A DNA stretch of 64,000 bases from the human T2T-CHM13v2.0 reference genome, Homo sapiens. The position numbers and the translations under genes are program-made. The stretch is taken from the NCBI RefSeq assembly GCF_009914755.1, contig NC_060941.1; one strand, given 5' to 3'. The notes below the pieces were generated by a model that had not been told where the DNA came from, made no database searches, and saw only the letters and a list, made by a program, of their open reading frames with translations. Positions 1 through 52,244 of this stretch are shown piece after piece (within the stretch, counting starts at the first letter, position 1; every line of letters starts with the position of its first letter).

Positions 1-51
1 ATATTAATGTGCATTACATAGGCAAGGAGTTATGTGATCAAATAGGTTTGA

Positions 52-588
<537 letters not shown>

Positions 589-892
589 CTAACCTGCAAG
601 AGGGGCATGGGGAATGAATTCAGTGCTTCCCAAGTGAACCTGACCACAGAACCTTTACAGAGCACCCGGCAGGATGAGAGTTCCACGGCGCAAACTTTGG
701 GAACCCTCTGCCCCCATCCCCCTCTATGCCCTTGTGTGCCATGCTTACACCCTGCTACCACCTGGATATTCTGGTGTCTGGGGAGGCACTGTCACCCCTC
801 TTGACCATTGGCATGGGGCGGGGTGGCTGGAAGGGCTTACCTGGGCCAGGGCAGCTGTCTCAGGCCTCACCCTCACCCACCTTGTCTCCTAG

Positions 893-18780
<17,888 letters not shown>

Positions 18781-19020
18781 CCGCACCCTGCCCCACCCCC
18801 GCCATGTCCCACTAGGCGTCCTCCCGACTCCTCTCCCGGAGCCTCCTCAGCTACTCCATCCTTGCACCCCTGGGGGCCCAGCCCACCCGCATGCACAGAG
18901 CAGGGGCTAGGTGTCTCCTGGGAGGCATGAAGGGGGCAAGGTCCGTCCTCTGTGGGCCCAAACCTATTTGTAACCAAAGAGCTGGGAGCAGCACAAGGAC
19001 CCAGCCTTTGTTCTGCACTT

Positions 19021-19026
19021 AATAAA
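19021..19026 (+). terminator. ITGB4: ITGB4 polyadenylation signal
   Basis: AATAAA 240 nt after the stop codon. Confidence 0.9.
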
Positions 19027-19181
19027 TGGTTTTGCTACTGCTAGGCCCTGCCTTGCCCATTCTTCTGGGGCCTGAGAGGTGCTCCCCTAGGGTAGGGGAG
19101 CGGTTCTGACATCCCCCATTCTCTGACACCCAAGCATACACCCACCTCTAGAGGAGGCAGGTACCACATTGGAGGCACAAG

Positions 19182-19187
19182 TTTATT
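19182..19187 (-). terminator. GALK1: GALK1 polyadenylation signal
   Basis: TTTATT on + (AATAAA on -) about 95 nt after the stop. Confidence 0.88.
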
Positions 19188-19257
19188 GAGCACCCGGATA
19201 TGGAAGATGGCACCGGGCACAGAGCCGTGGGACTGGCCTGCAGGCCCCGCACCCTCA

Positions 19258-26600
<7,343 letters not shown>

Positions 26601-26881
26601 CCTTCCCTCTGGACTTCGGGAAGAACCAATGAGCACTCACTAGAGTGAGAATAGCCCTGAGTGGCACTTGGCATGACCAGGATTTCTGAGCTGCCCTTCC
26701 CTGGCGCTGGTGACTTTCTATGTGCCTCACCACCCACCACCACCCACACAGCCAGAGCAATGGAGCTGGCACCCGGTTGACCTGGGATTCCCAAAGGGAT
26801 CCCCTAGGTCCCCAGGGCCAGCAGCTGTGAGAGGTCATCAGCCTCTGATCACCGGTCTCCAAGAGGGTGACCTGACACTCA

Positions 26882-27193
<312 letters not shown>

Positions 27194-27727
27194 TCAAAAA
27201 AAAAAAAAGACAAGTTTGGTGGTGACCAGAGAGTCAATTTTACAAGCTCCTTTTCTAGGTAATACGCAACAGCTCCTAGCAATGGAGAATTGGACTAGGG
27301 TGGCGGTGGCCAGCAGTGGGCCCAGCCCCTCCCTTAAGGACCTGCCACAGCTGTCCAGGTAGGTTGTGCTGTTGGCCCCAGCAGGCACTACTTCAGCCCA
27401 GAAGCCCTTGTCTCAGAGGCGTGGCCTTGTTCCCAGTCAGGCACTCTTCTCTTGCTATCCTGCATCCTAAACCTGCTGGCCGGCCCCAACTGCTGCCTTG
27501 ATACCTGTCCACAGCTGCCCACCCTACATGGAACCTTGAAACTGAAAGACTGAAATGTAAGCAGCTTGCTTGGGGTTAGGGTGGGAGTAGTGTGGGGAGT
27601 TATGGCCAGGGATTTAGCTTGGGGCCTGCTCAGGGGTGTGCCCAAAGAGTGGGGAACTGCATTCCAAGGGCAATTCTGAAAACTCTTAGAAGAAAACATA
27701 GGGGTACAGTTTTGTGACATTGGTTAG

Positions 27728-28330
<603 letters not shown>

Positions 28331-28349
28331 TGAGCCAATGCGGCCAGGC

Positions 28350-30482
<2,133 letters not shown>

Positions 30483-31270
30483 TCAGGCTTGGTGGTGTGT
30501 GCCTGTGGTCCCGACTACTTGGGAGGCTGAGGCAGGAGGATCACCTGAGCCCAGAGGTTGAAGGTGCAGTGAGCCGAGATCACGCCACTGCACTCCAGCC
30601 CAAGCAATTCCAGATGTCATCGGATGACCTGCTCCTTTTGAGCACACTTCAGTAAAGCATTTTTTGGCACAGCCAACACCAAACAAATCATACCATGAGT
30701 GGCCCTTGGGCTGGTTGAAATGGAATGAAACTCACAAACCATACCTCCCTACAAGGGCCCATTCTATCAGGGCAGAGGTGAGCGAAGCAGCCCCTTCTCT
30801 GCATGCCTTTTACTCACCTCACCTCTGACACCCAACAGTGCTGAGCCCTCATCTCCACTCTTCCTATTATATGATCTCAGGTAAATGAAGTGACCTTTCT
30901 GGGCCTCAGTTTCTTATGTGTAAAATGGGGCTAGAGATTGCTCCCAGACATGCTGTTGTAAAAGGAACTGAATGAGATCATCTTCATAAAGTGCCCAGCC
31001 CAGCAGCTGGCACTTGGTACGCACAGAATAAATGTTTGCTATTCTTATCAGTTGTCCATTAATTCAACAGGCATTATGGTACTCTCCTATATGCAATTGG
31101 CCAGAAAGATAAATGCCTCAGGCTCTCACGGTCTGATTGGGAGGCAGACAGTCACAAATCTGACCCCCTCTGTCTGCGATAAATGTTGAGTAGAGCTTTC
31201 TGAATAGGAGAAGAGAGAGCAGGGATTCTGACCAGTTAGAAGTCCACACCCTTATCTTTATTTCCATTGA

Positions 31271-31470
<200 letters not shown>

Positions 31471-31606
31471 TAGTAGGGACAGGGTTTCACCGTGTTGGCC
31501 AGGCTGGTCTCACACTCCTGACCTCAGGTGATCCGTCTGCCTTGGCCTCCCAAAGTGCTAGGATTATAGGCGTGAGCCACCTCAGCTGGCCAACATGACC
31601 ATTTGA

Positions 31607-31880
<274 letters not shown>

Positions 31881-31960
31881 TGACATCAAGTGATCCGCCC
31901 ACCTCGGCCTCCCAAAGTGCTGGGCTTACAGGCGTGAGCTACCACACCCAGCCTGTTTTA

Positions 31961-32466
<506 letters not shown>

Positions 32467-33492
32467 CTACTCAGGAGAACGAGGCAGAACAATCACTTGA
32501 ATCTGGGAGGCAGAGGTTGCAGTGAGCCGAGATGGCACCACTGCACTCCAGCCTGGGCTGCAGAGTGAAACTTCGTCTCAAAAAAGAAAAAAAAGTTGGC
32601 ATAAGGCGAAGCATGTCCGTTTGTTCAAGATGGACTCTGAAACATTGATTTTATTTGGGAAATGTGTTTACTGTCTTTTTTGAATCCCATCTAGTGTGTT
32701 ACTGAAATTTGTTCAGAGTGAAGTCTCCTTTGACCTTTGACCCTCCCCCCATTTCCTGGCCAGATGTCTCAGGATTAGCGGGGAGGTGGCATGGTAATGG
32801 AAACACTTCACCCTGAGCTTTGTCCTCTGCTATGCTGGCTGAGAAACTTGCTTGTATCTTGCTGATTATCACGTAGGGCTGAGGCGTCTGGAGAGAATTC
32901 TGGGTTATATCCACCACTGGGACATACTAGCCAGTGGTGGGAATACCATGCGTGCCAGCCAGGTGTCTGGTGACCTAGACAGGCTTAGAGGTGGGTTTTT
33001 TTGTTTTTTGTTTTTTTTTCAGTCAGGGTCTTGCTGTGTCACCCAGGCTGGCGTGCAGTGTCACCATCACAGCCCACTGAAGCCTTCAACTCCTGAGCTG
33101 AAGCAATCCTCCCATCTCAGCCTCCCAAGTTGCTGAGATTACATGGGAAAGCCACTGCACCTGGCTCTAACAATGTTTGTCTAGGCCGCGGAAAGATGTG
33201 ACCTACCACTGAGGACAGGCACTCCAAAATGCCTCTTCTCCACGGGAGTCCGTGTCTGTCTTCTACACAAAAACCAAATCCTTGGGCCCTCCTTGCTCAA
33301 CTTGGCCTTTGTTTATGTTTCACGGGACGATACACTTGACGCAGCCCTGGCTTCTATGTTGCAGTCACAGCCTGATTCCCTGATGGACTTAGGTCCGTGG
33401 CTCCCGGTGTTTTCAGAGACTGACATCTTGCTCCCAGCAGATGGCTCACTACCTTACCCATTCTGGGAGATTCCTTTTATTGTTTCTTCTAG

Positions 33493-34147
<655 letters not shown>

Positions 34148-37100
34148 TAACCAAAGCTTTTGGGAACCAGACTGATTCTTTGCCACCCATGCTGGGAGCA
34201 GATCCAGCCAGCTGTGCTTGGGGGCTGCTGGGGCCATTTGGTTTGGTCAGCAGTCACTCCTGGAACTTCTGCTATGTGTCAGGTGTGATTCCAGGGGCAG
34301 ACACACTCATTCCCTGCCTTCGGAGCGCCAGGAGCTTCTCGTCTCCCTGCGGTCTCAGATGCCCCTGCTCAGATAACCCAGCTGCAAGTCTTGTCTTTAT
34401 TTGCTGCCCCTACTCTGTCCCTGAAGTTCCTGCCCTCTAGGTTGACAACCACCCTGCTGCTGGCCAAGGAGCATGTCCAGACCTACAAGATGCAGCTGAC
34501 AGCTCAGGGCCGAGGCTGTCTCATCTTGCGCCTCACACTGGCTGGAAAGCTGCTGGCACTGCAGCTGCCCAGGCCTCAGACCGCTGGTGGTGGGCAGATG
34601 GATTGAGACTAGCTGCAGGTGCGGAGCTGGGGAGGGAGAGCCCTGTGAGGGCCGTGATGCCTGGGCTGTGGACCCAAGCCCCTCCTGACCCCTCTGCTTG
34701 GCCCCCTGGCTCAGTGCCTGGCAGAGAGGAGCTTATGGGGAAAAATGTGGCCAACGTAGGAGGTGGTACGTGAATAGGGATTTAACGGAGCCCAGGTTCC
34801 ACCTCCATGAGGACAGGCACAATCCCTCACACACCCCTCAGCAAAGGCCACCTGCCCTAAGCCTGCAGCCCATCTCCCTCTCCTTCCCTGGAGCCCTCTT
34901 GTCCCTGGTACTGGTGACGTCTGAGATGAACTTCTCCCTTTCTGCCCACCCTCCATCCCACTGTGTGTATCCCCAGAACTGCAGCTTCCTGATGAGAGCT
35001 CGCAGCTGCCAGCGAGAAGGCCCCAGACCCTGGCTGCCTCACCACGTCCCTCTCTCTGCACCCTTTTCCAGATCACGCATGGCCTTACCGCCCCTCCAGG
35101 AGCTACAGCCCCACTGAAGCCCCCACTTCTTGCTTTTCCAGTGGGGGGTGACTGTAGGGCCTCTTAGCTTTCTCCATGGGGGACGGGTCATGAGGTAGGA
35201 GGTGGGCTGGGCTCGAGTGGAGAGACCTCTGCTCGGGAGACGGCTAAGAAGCGCTGCTCCCAGGTGTGCTTGACCTGCAAGATTGGCCCCTGCTGGCCAC
35301 CGGGCATAGTGCTCAGGTGAAGACACCAGAACATGGTGGGGCGCATCCCAGAGAAATCCTGTGACTCTGCTTGGAGGGAGACAGTGTCTGGTGGGATCAC
35401 TGATAGCCAGGGATTGCTGGGCCGTCAGCAGGACCACAGGGAGTAGGAGTCCCCAAGGGGAGGATAATATTCTCCAGCCCCTTCTCACACCACAGCCCCT
35501 CGCAATAGAGGCCTTGTGCAAACTCCTCTGTGCGTAAACACAGGGCTGTCTCAGCTGCACCCACCTCGGCCTGCAGCCTCCCTCATTCCCCAGACCTGCT
35601 GACAAAGGGATCAGGGAGGGAAAAGGCCAGCCACCCGGCCCAAGAAGAGGGCATCCTTAGTCTTCTGAGGGTACTGTAGAATTTGGGTTGGCAACCCAAC
35701 AGGGGCCTACCCCTTCTCCCCTTCTTCTAGCCTTACCTTGGAGGAGGATGCTGGAAGGCCAGCTTTCATGCAGCAGTTGCTGGTCAGAAGCAGGCCCAGC
35801 TTGATAAGAGTGGTCCAGGCTGGTGACATCCTTGTGATCAGGGCATCTCCCTGAGAAATGCCCACAGGGGCAGGCAGGAGCACCATAGGGGTGAGGGAAG
35901 GAAGAGGCTGTGAGGGCCCGGGCAAGGTGCAGCCAGCTTAGCCTCAATGGGACTGATCAGTGCCTGGGGTGGGGCTGAGAGAGGTGGACTGCGATTCCTT
36001 TGGCAAGATGATTAAAATGCTCCTGCTCCAAGGGATGAGGAGAGAATGTCCAGGATAGGGGCTCAAAGAACTCGTGCCCAGTGGACCACAGCACCCCCTG
36101 TAAGACAACTGCAGAAGGGGTGAAAACTACCCACCTGGCACTTCTCTATGGCGGGCTAGACTGGCCATAGGCCTCAGTCTCTGAATCTGAACACAGGCTG
36201 GGGCCATCTTGCAGAAACCATAGGGCAAGCCCTTGTTTCCTGCTGATTGAATTGCAGACAGCTGACCGTGTTCCGCAGTGTTCCTCCCTCTACTGACCTA
36301 CCTGAAGGTGATTCAGGAGAAAGGGATTGCTTTCCCAGGGCTGCAAGACCCCACCCTGACACCTGACACCAGACAGTGCTTGCAAGGAGCCAGGCAGGGG
36401 GAGCTGAGCAGCAGACACCACTGTTGGGGAATCATCCAGTGAATCGATGAGTTGGAAACTGTTAATTTCCAGTCCAGGCAGTCAGCTCAGGGCCTCTTCT
36501 CCTTCCCTTTGGCTGATGGTCCCTAGGCCAGGACCAGTGGACCAGGTGCTAAAAGTATCCAAGGTCCTGACAGGACTCTGGCTCCCAGAAATTCTGAAAC
36601 CCAAGCCACTCCACTTGTCCTGAAGCCCTTAGCCTGTGTCCTCAAGAAGGTGGCTGGAAGACCACTTGTTCATGATGAAGTTGCAGGTCAGGAGCTGGGT
36701 CCACTCTTAGTGAGGGAACACCCGTTGCCCTTCATTTCTCCCGTCTTCCTCTTCACCCTTCCTTTTCCTTATTCTGCAGTTACACTGTGGACCCCTGGTT
36801 CTGGGTAAAACAACCCTGCTTCATCTCAAAACTGACTGCTATGTGGATCAGATGATTGAAGTTTAAGGGACAAATTATGTCCCGTTTTCAGATTGAAGGT
36901 GGTATAATTAGAATATTGGTGGGTAAGCAATTTGACCTTATTTTCCTGAGACATGTCCCTATACAAATAAGTCACTGGGTCCCCACCTCACATCACCATG
37001 GTATGGGTAGGTAGAACGACCGCATAATTTGCCAAATTGGGACAGAGAACAGTAAACACAGGCACTATTAAATACACTTCAAGCCTGTAATCCTAGCACT

Positions 37101-37343
37101 TTGGGAGCTCGAGTTTGAGACCAACCTGGGCAACATATGGAGACCCCGTCTCTAAAAAGTAAATACACCAGCTGGGCGCAGTGGCTCACACCTGTAATCC
37201 CAGCACTTTGGGAGGCCGAGGTGGGCAGATGACGAGGTCAAGAGATGGAGACCATCCTGGCCAACATGGTGAAACCCCGTCTCTACTAAAAATACAAAAA
37301 TTAGCTGGGCATGGTGGTGTTTGCCTGTAGTCCCAGCAACTCA

Positions 37344-37469
<126 letters not shown>

Positions 37470-37673
37470 TCAGCAGGCACAGACTGGCACTGTCCTGGGC
37501 CAACTGTCACTGAGGTCACCTCAATAGGGAGCTTCCTTATTATTGAATGCGCACGTCCCAGCCCCAGATGAATCAGAAGTCAGTGCTTTTTGGACATTGC
37601 CCCAAACTTTTTGAAAGACATTATCATTTGAATGAAAACCATTGAGAAATGAGAAAATCTTAACTTCAAAAAT

Positions 37674-40406
<2,733 letters not shown>

Positions 40407-40882
40407 TCACCTAAGAAAGACGCCCCGAAGATAAGGCCGCCGCGCTCACCCGGGCCGCCCCCCAGGGCTGCGGGGGGAGGAACAGATCCTGGCCCCACCG
40501 CCGGGCCTCCCGCCTCCCCGCGCCCCACCTCGCGGCAGCAGATGGCCGAGGGCCGCCAACCTCCTCCCCCTCCCCTAATGACTCAGGCTGCGAGGAGCGG
40601 CAGCCTCCCCCGGGAGGGGGAGCGCGGGGAGGAGTCACTTCCCTTCCTCGACGGGCGGAGGCCCGACTGCCCGGAACCCGGCGTCGGGACCTCTGAATCA
40701 CCGCCGGGAAAAGGCGGGGACACAGTTCCAGAACAAAGCCCCAAGGGGAAACCTCCCGGCCCCATACCCGACCCGACGCCAGCGGCCCGAGCAGCCCCCG
40801 CCGCTCGGCTCCCAACGGCCGCGGCGCGCGGCGCCAACGGTTGGCAGAACCTGAAGCCGCGGGTAAACCTACGAACGCCTAC

Positions 40883-41003
40883 CCAACGCCGAAGTTTTAG
40901 GCCACTTCTCCGACCGCCGCGCCGCTTCCGCTGCCCGAGGAAGAGCCGCAGTCGACGAGCGAAAAACCAACACCGCCCAACGAACGACCAAACCGCTCTG
41001 CGC
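40883..41003 (-). other. H3-3B: H3-3B non-coding exon 1 (5' UTR; TSS approximate)
   Basis: Starts about 25-30 nt below the TATA box. Donor GCGTTGG|gtaggc at 40883/40882; acceptor ttcttag|GTGAAAGAAAATG at 40410. Confidence 0.85.
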
Positions 41004-41027
41004 TCCAAGCCCCCGCGTCGCCTCCGT

Positions 41028-41360
41028 TTTTATAGGCACGCTTCACGCTGCGTCTCTGCGTCATAGAACCCTTATTTGCATACACCAACGACTTTTTCTA
41101 TTGGTGGGCGCTTTCGCCGACGCGCTGACATCCCCCGACACAAAGGCCGTGCTTCGGCACTGTTCCATGATTGGTGCATATCTACGCCGCTGATTGGCTG
41201 TTAAAGTGGCCTAATGATTGGATGGATGCAAAGAGGAATGGACGAATCAGAGTTTAGCACTAAGCGGCCCTTCTGATTGGATAAAATGGAGCTATGTTTG
41301 GATCCTTCCCTTGGTTCCAAAGCTCTGCAATAGAAAGTCAATGCAAATGAATTGCATTGG
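41028..41360 (-). promoter_or_regulatory. H3-3B: H3-3B promoter: TATA, CRE/TRE, octamer and six CCAAT boxes
   Basis: TATAAAA 41034-41028; TGACGCA 41063-41057; ATGCAAAT 41081-41074 and a second octamer at 41341-41348; ATTGG at 41100, 41170, 41193, 41217, 41276 and 41356. Confidence 0.9.
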
Positions 41361-42189
41361 TCTCTATCAGAATGAGCAGGAGTCTAAACTCACAGGCATC
41401 AAGCGAATGCTATGCACCCAGAGAGGCTACTTTAACAAAATTTTTGTAAATATTTTCCGATGTAAAATAAAATGTGTTCCCTGGATTATTTACCTTTCAT
41501 AATATTTTGATAGTTAAGTGCGTAGTGTGAGAATTAGAATTCAGTAAATCATGTTATATTATCAAGTATTTCATATATCATGCACATACATTTTTAACAA
41601 AAAGCAGGTCTCTTGGTGGGGTGGGAAGGGGTAAATAATAAATACAAATAAACATGTTAATAAATTATTTTAGAGGAACTGTTTTGTATGTTTTTAAGGT
41701 GTCACAAAATATTTTTTGATTTCCATATGCTTAAACAAGAGGTAACTTACTAAGCAACATGTTACTTGAATTATGTACTTCAAGTGAATGAAATGACTAC
41801 AGCTAGAAAGTAAATAGTCCTACTATAGTATTTGCATGTCCATAAAGAATAAACAAAAGATAACTAAACTAGATATGTGCCCTTTTGTTTAATAGCATAT
41901 CCTGGCAGGTATTACTTCTGAAGAAACATGACAAATGTGTAAATATGCTAATCCCTACCTTTGCCTAAGTAAATGTCTTGGGTAGATTGTAATAGTCAGT
42001 TCTTCAGTTGCCTCAAGTATATAAAATACCATAGCAGGCTTAAGGTTAAGACTAGCCAAGCAAAGCCCAGAAAATTGAAATAGAGCCTTGGGCATTCTAC
42101 TCTATAGTTCTGATGCTGGTCCAGCAAATATTCTAAACTATTAAAAGAAAAAGTAGCAGATACAGGTATGCATAGGTTTCAACTAAATT

Positions 42190-44362
<2,173 letters not shown>

Positions 44363-45767
44363 TCAAAAATGTTTATACAATGAAAAAAAGCAGAAGAAAA
44401 CAAAACAAACAAAACCCAACAGTGAATGTGATGTAGTCTTGTAGGCTACTGTCCTAGTTCCTCTTGTTACCAACTTGCTGAGTAACTTTGTGCAAGTTAC
44501 TTAGCTTCTCTGGGTTTCGGTTTCCTCTTTTGTAAATTAAGCAGTTTGGATGATATCATCTCCCAACTCCACCAGTACACACTTATTCTGAAGCTCATGA
44601 TATACATCTATTATTTAAAATCCAGTGCTGTGAACTCTATTTCTTCAGTCAGATCACACTTGAGTATTGTGAGGCTAACATAAACCAAGTAACTTGCGTT
44701 TAATCATAGGATTAAAGCAATATACTACAACTTTTATTTGTCCTTTTGTAATTTTTCATTTTCAAACGCCCCTAGTGGCTAAACGATTTAGCCTGTTTAG
44801 GAAAAACCAGTTTCTCAACTCTGTGATGTGGCTTCTGATGTGAGGGAACTTGGAGCTAAATAAAATAAGTATGTGTCACTCAAACATTAACGATTTTCCA
44901 TTAGCCCCACCACCCTTCATCCCTAAGGTTATTTGGAATGTGTTTCTTTAATGAGATAATCATTTGTTAATATAATCCCATCTAAGAAAATATAAATCAA
45001 AACCAGTGGATTTGAAATAGATTCAATATGAAAAACCAAATTAAATGACAACGGTTAAAATATCTACGGAGAACATTCTAAAACTCACAGAAACAAATGC
45101 CTAGGTCTGGGGCATCTGGCTTATTTTATAAAGTGAAGAACTTTGCTTGACTGGTGGGAAGCAGAGAGGGGAAAGATAATGTCCCAAGTAAAAAGGCTGA
45201 CGTCCAGACAAGAAAACTAGAGTGGATAAATACGGGCACGCCCTACTCAAACCCAGGCCTTTCCTCTGGACCCTGTGATGCTTCTCAACACTGGCAACTT
45301 GTCAGTGTACCTCAGAGACTATTCTAGGCGGAGATTAAATTCGTCCTTGGCCCTTAATGTACTGGAAACAAGTTGGTCAGGCCAGGTGTCAGGCTGAGAA
45401 AGCACACAAGTCGTGGAGTTCCAGGTGTCGAGTTTGGCAAAGGTAAATGAAGCGCCTCGGCAAAGGCGCGGGAACTGTAGCGTGCGGTGTACCTCCTCCT
45501 TAGCAAAGCTTTCTCAATGCCTCTTAGGTTAGACCCGCCGCAGGGATGAAGGGGTTGCTGGCGGATTGCAGGTGCCTGCAGCACAGGGCCCAGAACTAAG
45601 AACCGACAACACAGATTCTTAAGCCCTGCTTGGAGCACTGCTCTGAGCTGGCATTAGAACCGAACCTAGCTGTACTAAGTATAAAGGCAAAGTAGTTATG
45701 ACACTGTTGGCAGTGAAATTATACTTGGAACTCTTTCGCAGAAATCGCTAGGGCCTCCCTAGCTCTG

Positions 45768-45854
45768 GGCCCCTTCTCCTCCAGGCGCTCCAGTTTCATG
45801 GAAAGGCTTCCCTATGAAACTGAAAACGCGCTGGTAAGAAGGAGAAATGCGACC
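45768..45854 (-). ncRNA. MIR4738: microRNA hairpin miR-4738
   Basis: 87-nt imperfect inverted repeat: CTTCTCCTCCAGGCGCTCCAGTTTCATGG ... CCTATGAAACTGAAAACGCGCTGGTAAGAAGG. The arms match miR-4738-5p (ACCAGCGCGUUUUCAGUUUCAU) and -3p as I recall them. Confidence 0.85.
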
Positions 45855-46127
45855 GGACTGCAATTCCCAGAAGCCGTCGCAGGCCCTCAGCATCCGGGAC
45901 ACTAGCAGCAAGGATCCCTGGGTATTGTGGTCCTGTGCTTTGCCAGCAACCCTCTGCCGACGGTAAAATTCCAGCCGGACATAGAACCACAACTCCCAGC
46001 AACCCCTGCTGCCGTGTGGGGGGTCTTCACGTTCTCGTGGCGCGGCGCAGGCGCACTGGGTCCTCGGCGCGGACCGCGCAGACTGAATAATAAAAGGGGA
46101 GCGGCGAAGAGGCAGGAAGACAAGACC

Positions 46128-46231
46128 ATGTCGAAGGGCCCCGGGCCCGGCGGCTCCGCAGCTTCCTCGGCGCCCCCGGCCGCTACCGCTCAGGTGCTGC
46201 AGGCACAGCCCGAGAAACCGCAGCACTACAC
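46128..46231 (+). CDS. UNK: Unkempt (CCCH zinc-finger/RING RNA-binding protein) first coding exon; the rest of the gene lies beyond the window
   Basis: GACCATGT start encoding MSKGPGPGGSAASSAPPAATAQVLQAQPEKPQHYT; donor TAC AC|gtacgt; CpG island. Confidence 0.93.
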
Positions 46232-47819
46232 GTACGTAGAGCCCCCCCCCCCCGCCGCGCGCGCACGCCTGACGTCAGCGGCCAGCGTGAGTCACGCGCG
46301 CAGGGAGAGCGCGAGGCGGCCTCTTCCTCCCCCCCTTCCTCCTCCGGCCCGGCCCAGACCGGTTCCAACCTGCTGGGGCCGGTCCCAACTGCCTCCAACT
46401 GCCACCAACCTCTGGTCGGGCTGTGGGGCGGGAAACTCGGTCCCGGCCGCCGAGTGGGGAAGGCGGGAGCTCGGGATGCAGAGTGCACTCTCCCTAGGCC
46501 AGGCCTTCGAGGCCTAACTGTTCCTCAGACCATAAAACCACAGTAGTAGGCTCCTTTGGGGCAGTGAGAAGTCCAAGACACAACCAAGAGGAGTTCCGTG
46601 GGGTCCAGCCCCAGAACCCACCTATGAATGATGATTAACGTGAAGTCCTGTCAGGAGATTCCGTGCAGTTTGCGCAGGAAGCCTTTTGTGTCCCTAAGGC
46701 TCGTAGGTTGTCCACGAGGGCCACACTTGCTTGAATTCACAGTCGACGTAGATAAACATGCAAAGATGGAAACGTGTCCGTGCGTGCCCATGACCGTTTC
46801 CCTCGCGGGCTGTGCGGAGCCTGAGTCTGGGAGCCCGAAGGTGATGGGTTCCAAGTATGTCTGCAGGCTCAGCAGAAATGTAGCATTAGAGGGAGCCCCA
46901 AATACTGACACTACAGGAGTCCAGCAGGATGGGAAAACCTCTTCCTGGAAGTCTTGCATCTGTGTGCTTTTAGGTCGCTGTCTTCATTTCCTTCAAGCCA
47001 CGTTAAGCATTCCCTAGAGTTAGGTGATGTGGGAGAAAGATGAATAAGGGGCGGTTTCTCCTGTTAAGCAAAATGTTGCTTTCCATTTTCCCTGATGCTC
47101 TGTGAATGCCTCTCATCCCCATGGGCTCCTGAGTGATGTGCATGTTTAAAAGGATCCCCAGCTGCGAGAGGTTTTGGAACCTGGGGGGTTGAACAGCTCT
47201 TAAGTTGTTCAGTGAACGAAGAACAGAATCATCTGTTGGAGTAGAAAGAACTCAAACCAGTCAGGAGGAACTCTTGTTATAGAAGACCTTGGGAAACTGT
47301 TCTGGGGTTGGGGAACATTGGTTATAGGAAGTGTATGGTTTCTTTGTGGGATTCTCTGTTGTTGGCTGAAATCATTTAAGCTTCTTGACTACAGTCTGAC
47401 TCACGTTAACCATTCCTTTTCTGATATGGACATTGCTTTCCTGGTCCTTTCTTACTGGAGATCTTTCGCAGTCTTTCCATTGATTTTGGTGAGATGTTCT
47501 TAGCTCAAAGACTACTGATGAGTTGAATGGTGTAGTCTTGATTTTCGAATCTGGAAACTTCACGTAATTGGAACTTCTTTATAATCTCTGGTTGCTCAGA
47601 TCACTGTTTTTAGCAAAATAAACACATTTTGAGTCACGAGAGTCTTGGCTTCAGCAACTTGTGTTTCTGTGTTGTGTTGTCATTGAGCATACTATGGAAT
47701 CTGTAATAGAAAGGCTTTCTTATTTTGGAATTGACAGGTGAAACAAGTGAACAGCTGATTAAATGTCAGTATCTGAGTCTTTGTCCTCTTGATGCTCATT
47801 TGTTTAAAACCTGTCTTTC

Positions 47820-52244
<4,425 letters not shown>

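Larger units (their letters stand above)
45460..46480 (+). promoter_or_regulatory. UNK: UNK CpG-island promoter with ZNF143/THAP11 (ACTACA-type SBS) motifs, CRE and AP-1
   Basis: ACTGCAATTCCCAGAAGCC 45857-45875, ACCACAATACCCAG (-) 45931-45918, ACCACAACTCCCAGCAACC 45986-46004, CTACAGTTCCC (-) 45480-45470; TGACGTCA 46270-46277; TGAGTCA 46288-46294. Confidence 0.75.

Noticed and set aside
44766-44779. CTCF-like CGCCCCTAGTGGC
   Set aside because: One base short in the G-run; weak match.
45927-46127. Apparent N-terminal extension of UNK in the ORF track
   Set aside because: Starts at a non-ATG codon inside promoter motifs, probably upstream of the TSS.
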